Source: Scyliorhinus canicula
Taxonomy: Eukaryota
Direction: 5' to 3'
DNA: 64,000 nucleotides
NCBI RefSeq assembly: GCF_902713615.1
Contig: NC_052162.1
Coordinates: 104,187,811 to 104,251,810 of the forward strand
Shown: piece after piece, positions 23,501 through 35,500 of the stretch
Layout: the number at the start of each line of letters is the position of its first letter
Numbering within the stretch: position 1 is the stretch's first letter
Program-made: the position numbers and the translations under genes
The notes under the pieces: generated by a model
Database searches by the model: none
Told to the model about the DNA's origin: nothing
Seen by the model: only the letters and a program-made list of their open reading frames with translations

Positions 23501-26500
23501 TGTGGGTAGCACTGCTGGTCACAGCGCCCCTCGATTTCAATCAGGGCCTGGGCCACTGTCTGTGCAGAGTCTGCACACCCTCCCGTGTCTGCTTAGGTTT
23601 GATTTAGGTGCTGCGCTTTCTCCCACAGTCCAGAGATATGCAGTTTTGGTCGATATTGGTTGATATTTTGTTCATTAGTGTCCAGGACTGTGCAGTTTGC
23701 CTCATGAAGTTGTGGGACTATGGACGGATCTGTGTATGGGCCAAGTGCTCATTTTCAGGTCGGTGCAGTCACAGTGGGCCGAATGGTCCCTTCTGCACTG
23801 TAGTACTTCTATATTACTATTTTCTATTCCCAAACCTTTTGGTGAGGAAATAGATGTCTCCTCACCTAAATCCTAAATGGCTGACACGTCATCCGGAGAA
23901 TGTAAGCCCAATTTTCGACACCCGAGTCACGGGGAGCGGAGGTACACCGGGGAAAAACGCACTCTCAGCATTTGCACTGTGAAACTCTCACGGAAATTCA
24001 TCGTAGCGAATCTCTCCTGTCAGGGGAACTGTCTCATCTGAGGAATCAACCCTGGTTCGGTTAAACTGGCTGACTTTGGTTAGCCACGGGCGGCGAGAGA
24101 ATATAGGTAATATAGAGGACTGGTGGAAACTAGATAGACTCACAGAGAGAGTGACTGTGAGAGAGAAAGCGACTGAAGGCGATATAGAGAGACAAATAGA
24201 CGTGGAATGGACGTCCACAACCCTCGAATAATTAAGAATACACACACAGCCAGCTGTCTCAACCACAATACACGGGGTCATCTGAATTGGTCATTGGTGT
24301 GTTGTGTTCATGAATTCCCTGCGGTGTGGGCACCTGCTCTGAAACCAACCGCCATGTAAACCAACCCCGCCGTATGCAGGTGAGAAAGGAACTTCACATC
24401 TGAGTTGTCATTCTCATCTGTGCAACAGCTCCAGAGAAAAGCTGGAGACAGAACGAGAAGGACAGTGCTGCGCTGTAATGTGCTGATCATGGACCTCATG
24501 GTGTATGGTAAAGTCAAGTGATAGTGGCTCAGATTTTACTATTTACACCGAAACAAATATTTTAGCATCAAACCCAGTTTCTTCCTGCACCCGATAGCGC
24601 CCGCATTCTATTAGGGTCCAAACATCTCTCCCTCATTCATCTCTCGTCCAATCTCCTCATCGACTGATGTTCCTCAGACCTGAGGGCGGCACGGTGGCAT
24701 AATGGTTAGTATTGTTGCCTCAGTGCGCCTCCGGGTTTCAATCCAGGATTTGGTCACTGTCGATGCAGGGTTTGCACGCTTTCCCCGTGTCCACGTGGGT
24801 TTCCTCTGCTTGCTGCGTGTTCCTCTCACAGTCCAGAGATATGATGTGGAGATGCAGGCTCCGAACCAGTCCTCCGAAAGCTAGTGTTTCAAACACACCT
24901 GTTGGACTTTAACCTGGTGCTGTAAGACTTATTACTGTCCAGAGATATGCAGGTTTGGTGAATTACCATGATACATTGTTCCTTAGCATACAGAGTTTTG
25001 CAGCTCACGTTATGGTGTTATTGGGAATATGTGAAATCTGTTTGCGAGTCAAGTGTTCATTTGAAAGGTCGGTGCAGACGCGATGGGCCGAATTGTCTCT
25101 TCCCGCACTCCAGATATTCTATTTCATTCTATTCTATTCTCAAGCCTGTCGATGAGAAAATAGACGTCTCCTCACCTTTGTCTTAAAGGCTTCCACATCA
25201 ACAGGAGAATTTGGCCCCAATTCTAGACACCCAGCCGGAGAGACTGGGGCAGGGGTGGATGGGGCGAGTCTGGTGAGGGGGAAACACCCTCTCAGGATTT
25301 CCACTGTGAAACCCTTTCCGATATTGAGACTATTCGAACGGATAACCTCCCATTTTACTAAATTTCAAAGACATCAGTGTCATCGCAGTGAATCTCTCCA
25401 GCCAGGACAGCTGCCTCATCTCAGGCATCAACCCTGGCTTTGTTCAGCTGGCTAACATTGGTTAGCCTCGGGCAGCGAGAGGATGGAAAGAAAAAAGAGG
25501 AGAAGCCGAAAACACGATAGTGCCACAGAAGGAGAGACTGTGAGAGAGAAAGAGACCGAGGGAGCTTTACAGCGGCCAAGATTGATCACTGGAACTCTCA
25601 CATGCTCTCCATTAACACACACAAAGAGAGAATCATACCCTAGAATCTAGACTCTAGATCATTTATGTATATCACAAACAACAGTGGTCCGAGCGCGGGT
25701 CCCTATGGAACACCACTAGTCACCTTTCTCCATTTTGAGACACTCCCTTCCACCAATACTCTCTGTCTCCTGTTGCCAAGCCAGTTCTTCATCCATCTAG
25801 CTAGTACACCCTGAACCCCATACGACTTCACTTTTTCCATCAACCTGCAATGGGAAATTTTGTCAAACGCCTTCCTTAAGTCCCTGTATATGACATCTAC
25901 AGCCCTTCCCTCATCAATTAACTTTGTCACTTCCTAGAAAGAAGATCCGTGCCTCAGATTTCCAAGAATTGTGATATGAACAAGAGATTACCATTATAAC
26001 CAATGAAATCCCATTTGAAGATTGGAATGACCCATGTGAAATAGCGGGGACAATTTGACGTGCAACTTTAAATTAACTCATTTTGGGATTCGAAGTTATT
26101 AGCAATTATTCATATGAGTGAGGAATTGGATAAGGCAAACGTTACAAAGCATTGCTGTTCTTGAAATTCCCCGAAGGGAATTTTTAGATTCAATGCAATT
26201 GCAATTCATCCAGCAGGAAAACACTGAAGTGAGAGTGCGTAAGTATTCCTTGGCATGGGGGTTGTAGAACCTGTGACACCTTTTCAGAAATAATGCGCTG
26301 AGCGGAATCCAAAATTGTTCAATAAAGTACAATTTCTGAAAGAATATTGAGCATTGCAAATGGATTGAAAGATAATTCAGTGACAGGAGCCAGCGAATGA
26401 ACACGCTCTGTGGTCTAAAGTTTAAATATCCAATGACCAAAGCATAGCTCATGCGTTACTTGCATTCTAGAATTTTCTCTAATGGTAATGCCACCGTTAG

Positions 26501-29500
26501 CAGTTACCTAATTAATAGAACAAATGGTGCCTCAAGTCATTCAAGTTTGCCATCTGAACGCAACTACAAAGCTTGATTAAATGACTCCTTAAATCTGAGA
26601 AAACGGCCCAAAATGATACACAGGAGGGGAATAACGCAAAACAAATCTGATACTGAGCATATATGTATACATGAGGAAAACAGGCTATATCTTGTTTGGC
26701 AGGTAAGTTTGAAAGGGCGGAGGTAGATAAATATTGTGGTGATTAAATGGTCCAAAGCAGATGTGAAGAGATTGATGGCATAGGAGTTTAAATAGAAGTT
26801 CAGTTGACCTAATATAAGGAGATGCTACTTGGGGAATAAGTGATTTTCTTTTCCTCAACAGGGACCACGGGCTGCAGGAAGTCCGTGATACAATCGTCCA
26901 TCGTGAACGCGATAAAAAGGTCTTCATTGACATATTGTCCTCTTTCAAATCTCTGTCTTACCTGGCGGACAAGACTGATCGCACATCACGTCGGGTCTAT
27001 CAAATCATAAATTTAGATTATGCTCGGGAGGTCTTGAAATTAGGTTATACCTGCCATCCATCTGTGACTTGTCTGACTATTATTTAAACTCGAATCAAAT
27101 GTCTAACATGTGTAGTTTATCATTCTATATTCTACCAGCGATACCGTCTCCGCCCTCCCTCTATGTCTCCTCCTGTGAACAAACAAACATTGCTGGCTCC
27201 GTGACCTACGGCTGTTTGGTGATGGATTACTCCCCCGAAATCAGCAGAGTTTCCTGGAAGAAAGATCAAGAAATGATCACCACTGGACTGAAAACATACC
27301 CACCAGTGCTGAATAAAGAGGGAACTCACACCCTGAGCAGCCAGTTAACCATCACTGAATCAGAGGTGGGAAGTAGTACCATCTACTGCGAGGTTCATCG
27401 AGGCGGGACGGTCTGGAAGACCGAAATTCCAGGTTAGCGTTCTGGGATGCACAGGGCAGCAGTGCCGTGCGTGGGCGAAGGGTTAATGTGGCCAGCAAAT
27501 AAGTTATATATAAATGCTTGAGAGAATGGTTTCAAGAAAGTTGTAGCATTGGTGTACAACCTGTTCACGTTCTCATACCACAATTGCATGACGTTGGTGT
27601 TCAAATCACACTTAGAGTTATGTTACAGATCTGATCCCCACATTACCCTCAGACACTGTGCAGATTTGTAGTCTCCATTTCAGAAATATAGTACTGTTGG
27701 CAGTCCACCTTGCAAATTTGACGCAGGGACTCTGGAGAAAGAACAACATACTGACAGGGGCGATGCTATCGCTGATAGATTATAACTATGAAGTAATATC
27801 GAATAGGCTGGTGATATATTCTTTGGAAAGTAAAATTAGGAGTTTGGACCAAAGCGAGATATTGCGAGCAGTGAAAGAGATTGATAGATTGGATCGTATA
27901 TCAGAAAATGGCTAAAATAAAATCAGAAATTCGGAACAGTTTTTACACAAATAGAATAAGATGAAAAATGCAGTCGTTCATAGTTTTACATAGACGCCAT
28001 TCAGGGGAAGATGAATATCACATGAGCGGGGAGGAAACGGTGGTTGTTTCTTTTCGCGGTCGTTGAAATATGAGAGAGATCTTTCATGTGAATCATCAAC
28101 TGCAACATTGAGCTGTTGGGCCGACAGATTTGTTGATTCTATCTAAATGGAACAGTTTATAAACAGTTTATCATTGCTTGGATAGAAAAAAATAATTTTT
28201 CAATAATATGTTATTCTCTGAAGTGCGTGTGGTCCATCATCCAACTGTTCTTCTCACCATGAGTCCCAATGAAGAAATCATAAGCAGCAGATTTGCAACT
28301 GTAATTTGCTCAATCATCAATTTCCATCCAAATTCAATCAACGTGAAGTGGCTGAAGAATGGTCAAGCTTTCAACTCGGGCATCGTCAACTCTCCTGCCT
28401 CCGAAGTAAACGGGAACTTCTCGGCCATCAGTCGGCTGACTGTCCCAGCCAGAGAATGGTTCTCCAATACGGTCTACACCTGCCAGGTCACTCATGAACA
28501 CACCGTACAAAACCGAAGTATCAACAGACCTCACGGTAAGTGATGCAATTCAGGGAAGCGAAACATTATTCTCGTCGCTGACATCAGTCAAATCCAGTAT
28601 TTCTATTGAAATTATAAAGAGTCCTATGATTTGTCTTATTTTCTAAGCGTGTAATTTGTATCTTCTTCAAATATCAAAACAGGAGAGCGACTTATTTTTC
28701 TGTACGGTCTTTACCAATATATAATTGTCCAAAAGCACTTAACAACCAATGAATGATTTTAATATTGTATTCATGATGGTGAAGTGGAATATTCGACAGC
28801 CAGTTTCAGCACATAACCTTCTACAAACAGTTTCTGTTGAGGGGTACATTTTGCCGAAGAAACAGTTACACTCCAGCTGGGTATTTACAACGTTATGTTT
28901 TATGTGCATGTTAGTTTTCTAGCATCTATTTACAAAAGTAAAAGAACACTGACGTTTCTGTTTGAGCTACCGCAAAGGGAATTTCTTGTTCACAATGAAA
29001 TAGCAGATATTCCCTATACTTAACATTCCATGTTAATATTGGCATCTCCTACAATGCAGTATTTGCGGAGTGCGACATAGCTCGCGTCAGCTCAGACTGG
29101 AGTACTGTAGACAGTTTTGGTCCCCTTTTCTCAGAATAATATTATTGCCATTGGGCAGGTGGGGTGGACCTTCTTATAACTGCCTCGTGGTCATATTTTC
29201 TTCTGCGTTCTTCTTACCAGACTAACATATGAGAAATCTCATGAATGACCGGTATCAGCAAAAGAACCTCACACCAGCATTGCAAACTATTGTAGTTCAC
29301 AGGCAGTAGCTCGAAATCTATGCCCCCTACTTTATGTTCTCTTTGACCTATATATTTTTATGACTACAAATGGTTAAAATATTCCAGACAAGGAATGCCA
29401 TTCCCTGGTGCATCTACAATTTGATATTTATTTCAAATAATTCACACTTGGGAGGGCAGCAGTTAATTTAGAAATAGGAGGATACGCGTTAAATAGTTTG

Positions 29501-32500
29501 AATGTGAATTGCACTGCTGGACAATGTAATGAAGACATTTCCTGAGTTTAAAACAGAACTGGGTAACAATTAGAACATAAACAATTTGAGAAGCGACATA
29601 AAAGACATAGTGGACAGAGAGAAGCTGCAGACTTCAAGGGATCTGTGCTGGGTTTAATGGCCTCATTACTTTCTCTGGTCTACTGAATTCTAGACGTGTG
29701 ATAGTCAGTGTGGGGCAGCACTACTTATGAATTTATTCATGCTGTCACACTTGGCTTTTGATTCAGTCATCACAAATGGTCTGGGTGCAAACACACTGGA
29801 AATGTTATCGAGGACAACATGGAGATAATGGAGACAATCTCCATTACATTGTCTTGGTCTGAGGCGTTCAGGTCAGGCGACCCGGACCTATAAATGATAG
29901 CCAGAAATAATCTAAAGAAATCCATCAAAGATGCCAAAAGACAGTACCGGACCAAGCTCGAGTCCCAAGCTAGCCACACAGAGCCCCGCCGTCTATGGCA
30001 AGGTCTGCAAGACATAACGGGCTACAAGATGAAGGCATGAAAAATCGTCGGTTCCAACGCACCCCTCCCTGATTAGCTCAACACATTCTATGCCCGCTTT
30101 GAGCAAGAGGTCAGCCAGACCGAAGAGTTCCACCCGAGAAGCCGTGGATGAACTTGTATCTGAGATCACAACTGCAGACGTCAGAGCAGTCCTCGAAGGT
30201 CAACCCACGGAAAGCCACAGGCCCGAATGGGGTACCCGGACGAGCACTCAGGTCTTGCACGATCAGCTGGGGTGGGGGTGGGGGGGGGGGGGGGGTATTC
30301 GCAGAAATCTTCAACCTCTCTTTACAACAATCTGAGGTCCTTATCTGCTTCAAGAAGACGACCATCACCCCTGTACCAAAATAAGTCAAGCAGAGTGACT
30401 TAATGACTATCGACCAATGGCAGCACGGAAGCATAGTGGTTAGTACAATTGCTTCACAGCTTCAGGGTCTCAGGTTCGATTCCCGGCTTGGGTCACTCTC
30501 TGTGCAGTGTCTGCATGTTTTCCCCGTGTGTGCGTGTGTTTCCTCCAGGTGCTGCAGTTTCCTTCCACAGTCCAAAGATGTGCAGTTAGGTGGATTGGCG
30601 AAGATAAATTTCCGTTACTGTCCAAAATTGCCCTTAGTGTTGGGTGGGGTTACTGGGTTATGGGCACAGGGTGGGGGTGTGGGCTTGGGTAGGGTGCTCT
30701 ATCCAAAAGCTGGTGCAGAACCGATGGGCCGAGTGGCCTCCTTCTGCACTGCAAATTCTATGATAGTCTATGAATCATTATGAAGTGCTTCGAAAGGTGA
30801 TTCATAGCACGAATCACCTACAGCCTCACGGATTGCGTTGTTCCAGTACAGTTTGCCTGCCGCTGCAACAGGACCACAGCAGAGGCCATCTCCATGGCCT
30901 TGCACTCTACCCTGGAACACCTAGATAACAAAGACACTTTTGTCAGACTCCTATTTATCGACTCTGGATCAGCCTTTAACACTATCATTCCTATGAAACA
31001 CATCTCCAAACTCAGTGGCCTTGGCCTCGGCTCCTCCGTCTGCAACTGGATCCTAAACTCTCTAACCCACAGGCCACAATGAGTAAAGATAAGCAACAAT
31101 ACCTTTTCCACGGTCATCCTGAGTACCGGTGCCCCAGAAGGCTGTGTCCTCAGCCCCCTACTATACTCCTTATACACCTATCACTGTGTGGCCAAATTCC
31201 CCTCCAACTCATTTTACAAAATTGCTGACGACACAACCGTAGTGGGTCGGATTTCAAGCAATGACAAGACCAGAGTACAGGAATGAGATAGATTATCTGG
31301 TGAACTGGTGCGACAACAATAATCTCTCCCTCAATGTTAACAAAACGAAGGAGATTGTCATCGACTTCAGGAAGCGTAGTGGAGTACATGCCCCTGTCTA
31401 TATCAATAGGAACGAAGTAGAATGTGAGGTTATCCATTTTAGTAGGAATAACAGCAAAAGGGATGATTATTTTAATGGCAAAATATTAAAACACGCTGCT
31501 GTGCAGAGAGACCTGGGTGTGCTAGTGCATGAGTCGCAAGAAGTTGGTTTACAGGTGCAACAGCTGATTAAGGAGGCAAATGGAATTTTTTCCTTCATTG
31601 CTGGAGGGATGGAGTTTAAGACTAGGGAGGTTATGCTTCAATTGAATAAGGGGTTAGTGAGGCCACATCTGGAGTATTGTGTTCAGTTTTGGTCTCCTTA
31701 CCTGAGAAAGGAAGTACTGGCGCTGGAGGGTGTGCAGAGGAGATTCACGAGGTTAATCCCTGGAGGGGTTGGATTATGAGGAGAGATTGACTAGACTGGA
31801 ACTGTACTCGTTGGAATTTAGAAGGATGAGGGGGGATCTTATAGAAACATATAAAATTATGAAGGAAATAGATAGGATAGATGCGGTCAGGTTGTTTCCA
31901 CTGGTGGCTGAAAGCAGAACTGGGGGGCATAGCCTCAAAATAAGGGGAAGTAGATTTGGGACTGTGTTCAGGAGGAACTTCTTCACCGAGAGGGTTGTGA
32001 ATCTATGGAATCCCTTGCCCAGTGAAGCAGTCGAGGCTCCTTCATTAAATGTTCTTAAGGTAAAGATAGATAGTTTTTTTGAAGAATAAAGGAATTAAGG
32101 GTTATGTTGTTCGGGCCGGAAAGTGGAGCTGTGTCCACAAAAGATCAGCCGTTATCTCATTGAATGGCGGAGCAGGCTCGAGGGGCCAGATGACCTACTC
32201 CTGCTCCTGATTTATATGTCCTTATGTTCTTATGAAATGGTCGAATGCTTCACGTTTCTCGGTGTATAGGTCACCAAGAGCCTGTCCTGGTCCCCCCATG
32301 CCGACACTATAGTTTCGCAGAAGACTTAGGAAATTTGGCATGGCAGCTACGACCCTCACTACGTTCTACAAATTCACCAGAGGAAGTATTCTATCTGGTT
32401 ATATCACAGCTTGGTATGGAGCCTGCTCTGCCCAAGACCGCAGGAAATTAAAAAAGCGACGTAAATGTAGCCCAGTCCATCATACAAAGCAGCCTCCCAT

Positions 32501-35500
32501 CCATTGACTCTATGTATAATTCCCGCTGCTTTAGAAAGGCAGCCAGCATAATTAAGGACCCCACGCATCCGTCAGGAAGGAGATACCAAAGTTTGAGGTC
32601 ATGAACCAACCGACTCAAGAACAGCTTCTTCCCTCCTGCAATCAGGCTTTTGAATGGACCTACCTCGTATTAAGTTGATCTTTTCTCTACACCTTGCAAT
32701 AACTGCAACATTATATTCTGCAGTCACTCCTTCCTTCCCTATGTATGGTATGCATTGTTCTCACAGCATGCAAAAAACAATACTTTTCACTGTATACTAA
32801 TACATGCGACAGCAATAAATCTAATCAAATCGAAAGAGTGTCCAGAATCGGTTTCAGTCAATGGCCTTTGAATAGCAATGGTTTCGACGACAACGACCCG
32901 TTATGTATCACAAAGTTAATTATTCACATGGGAATAAGAGTTAAATTCCTACACTCTGTTCCTAAATGATACTTTTCATGAGTTTCACTTCTGTTTCACA
33001 GGTGAGTGCGATATTGGTGGTGCCATAATTACACTACTTCCACCGCCAGCAGAACAGGTCCTACTGGAGGCAACAGTGACCTTAACGTGTGTCGTGACGA
33101 AAGCCCCTTATGGGGTCAACATTTCCTGGTTCCAAGAGAGGAAGCTTTTAAAATCAGAGATTGCCATTGAAACGGGAGCGCTACCTGAGAGCGTGGTCAG
33201 CAAAGTAAACGTCTCAGCACAAGCCTGGCTTAGTCGGGCTCAATTCCACTGCGTGGGTAACCATCAGGATCTGCTAACTCCTTTACGTAATTCAATCAAT
33301 AAAGAAAACGGTAAGCATTGAGATTGAAGCAATACATGCGTTTTTGTGGCTGTTTACCAGAGAATAATCGATTTACTGAATCCTCTTTAACAAAGACCAG
33401 GGGGCTTGGGATACAGGCAGATTTGGCTGTCTGGATACAGAATTGGTTGGCCAAAATAAGAGAGCGAGTGGTAGTGGATGGAAAGTATTCCGCCTGGAGG
33501 CCAGTGACCAGTGGTGTCCCGCAAGGATCTGTTCTGAGACCTCTGATCTTTGTGGTTTTTAAAAATAACTTGGGTGAGGAAGAGGAAGGGGGTTAGTAAG
33601 TTAACCGAAGATACGAAGGCTGGTGGAGTTGAAGAGAGTGTCGAGGGCTGTTGCAGGTTACAACAGTACATTGGCAGGATGCAAAGCTGAGCTGAGAAGT
33701 GGTATATGGAGTTCAACCTAGATACATTTGCAGTGATTCATTTTGGAAGGTCGAATTTGAATGCTGAATACAGGGTTGAAGGCAGGATTCTTGGAAGTAC
33801 GGAGGAACAGAGGCATCTTGGGGTCCCCGTACATAGATCCCTTAAAGTCGCCTCCCAGCGTTGTTAATAAGTTGGCTTTCATTAACAGGGGGAGTTAGTT
33901 TAAGGGCTGCGAGGTTTTACTGCAGCTTTATAAAACCCTGGTTAGACCACACATGATATATCGTGTCCAGCTCTGGTCGCCTCATTATCAGAAGGGTGTG
34001 GATGCTTTGGAGAGGGTGCAGTGGATATTTAACAGGATGCTGCCTGGACTGAGGGCATGTCTTATGAAGAAAGGTTGAGGGAGCTCGGGCTTTTTTCACT
34101 GGAGCGAAGAAGGAAGAGAGGTGACTTGATAGAGGTGTTCAATGTGATGAGAGGCATGGATAGAGTGGATAGTCAGAGGTTTTCCCCCAGGGCGAAAATG
34201 GCTATCACGAGGGGACAAAATTTTAAGGTTGGAGGAAGGTGTTGGAGAGATATCAGAGGTAGGTTCTTTACACAGAGAATGGTGGGACATGGAATGCACT
34301 GCCAACGGAGGTGGTGGAGTCAGAGTCATTAGGGATATTTGAGCGGCTCTTGGAGAGGCAGATGGACAGGAGTAAATTGAGGAGCGTAGGTTAGGTTGAT
34401 CGTAGATTAGGGTAAATGGTCGGCATAACATTGTGGGCCGAAGCGCCTGTACTGTGCTGTGCTGTTCTATGTTCTAAAGATACCCTTAAAGAGTAAACTA
34501 ACGTGCTGATGTCAGAAGGGATTGAAGTATTTGCTATTTGGCTTAAAACCGGTCAAATTGGAACTGGCTGTGGTGGAGAATAAATATCAAGGAGGAGCAG
34601 TTCGTCTTTCACAATTTTACAATTTTCATGTAGTTTATCACTTAAACAACTTTAACTAGAACAACGAATGATTGAATCCAACTCTTCGCGTGGTCTGCAA
34701 AAAGGAAAGTGCTCAGAGTACAAAACGAGAAAGTCTATAATTCAGTGCAACGTCTAACCAGCGCCTTTGTCTCTGGAATTCTCAGTTTATTAATATCTGT
34801 TGCAAATTTTCTGCAGCTGAAAATCCGCGGCAACCGTCCGTGTTTGTCCTCTTGCCCTCGTCAGAAGACGTCTCCGCTCTGAAAGTCATCTCGCTCAGCT
34901 GTTTAGTGAGTGGTTTCTTCCCCCGAGCAATATTCGTCAAGTGGACCGTTAATGACCAGCTGATGAATCCCTGGAAATACAAGAACACCGAGGTGGTGGC
35001 AGAGAACGGCAATAGCTCCTTCTTCATGTACAGTCTGTTGTCCCTTGCAGCCGAGGAGTGGGCCAGTGGCGCTTCTTATTCCTGTGTAGTGGGACATGAA
35101 ACGATTCCGTTGAAGATCATGACCAGGACGGTTAATATATCTAGTGGTAAATGGTTTTAATTAATTATTTTCCTTGCTTTGATGGAGAAACGTAATCTGT
35201 CGATTGCATTGAATTGCATGAATAAATGATAATAAAACAATGCCCTCTAATCATAAATGACCGCTCAATTAATTATTTGAACGCATTTTCCAAGTAGATT
35301 ATTGTTAACTGGAATGGAATATTTACAGATGCATATCCCAATAATTGGACAGACACCACTCCCAGAGCAGAGGCACCGCAAAACAGTGATAGTTTCAAGT
35401 TTGTTCATTCGAGGGTCCTGCGGAACATCTTCAGTAACTTCCCTCTGATACATTCGCATACGAGTTGCAAACCTATCACGGCGTGTCGTCTTGGACGTCA

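Larger units (their letters stand above)
22881..25652. other. 2772-bp insertion with CTAG-rich palindromic ends, carrying a tRNA-Glu-like gene and a diverged tandem duplication
   Basis: Flanked by TCTAGA on both sides. TCTAGAATCTAGGG (22875-88) matches the reverse complement of CCCTAGAATCTAGA (25638-51) at 13/14. Confidence 0.7.
21930..25935 (-). mobile_element. CR1 LINE (21930-22880 plus 25653-25935) split by a 2.77-kb insertion
   Basis: The two halves are contiguous when compared with the + copy at ~40855-42075. The break is at a duplicated TCTAGA (22875-80 and 25653-58). Confidence 0.85.
29770..32830 (+). mobile_element. Rex1/Babar-like non-LTR retrotransposon, interrupted by a SINE (30417-30775) and a CR1 (31425-32235)
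   Basis: [19 protein letters not shown], and [35 protein letters not shown]. The RT resumes after the CR1 at ~32236 and ends in an AATAAATCTAATCAAATC tail. Confidence 0.7.

Noticed and set aside
22874-25659. Classical hAT-Charlie insertion with an 8-bp TSD
   Set aside because: The 8-mers differ (GTCTAGAA vs CTCTAGAT), the insert lacks CAG..CTG termini and there is no transposase. Kept only as an unexplained junction.
16900-27100. Scattered CACTGTG/CACAGTG heptamers (e.g. 17011, 23508, 23976, 25303) as RSS of hidden D or J segments
   Set aside because: None has a nonamer at 12 or 22/23 spacing, and several lie within repeats.
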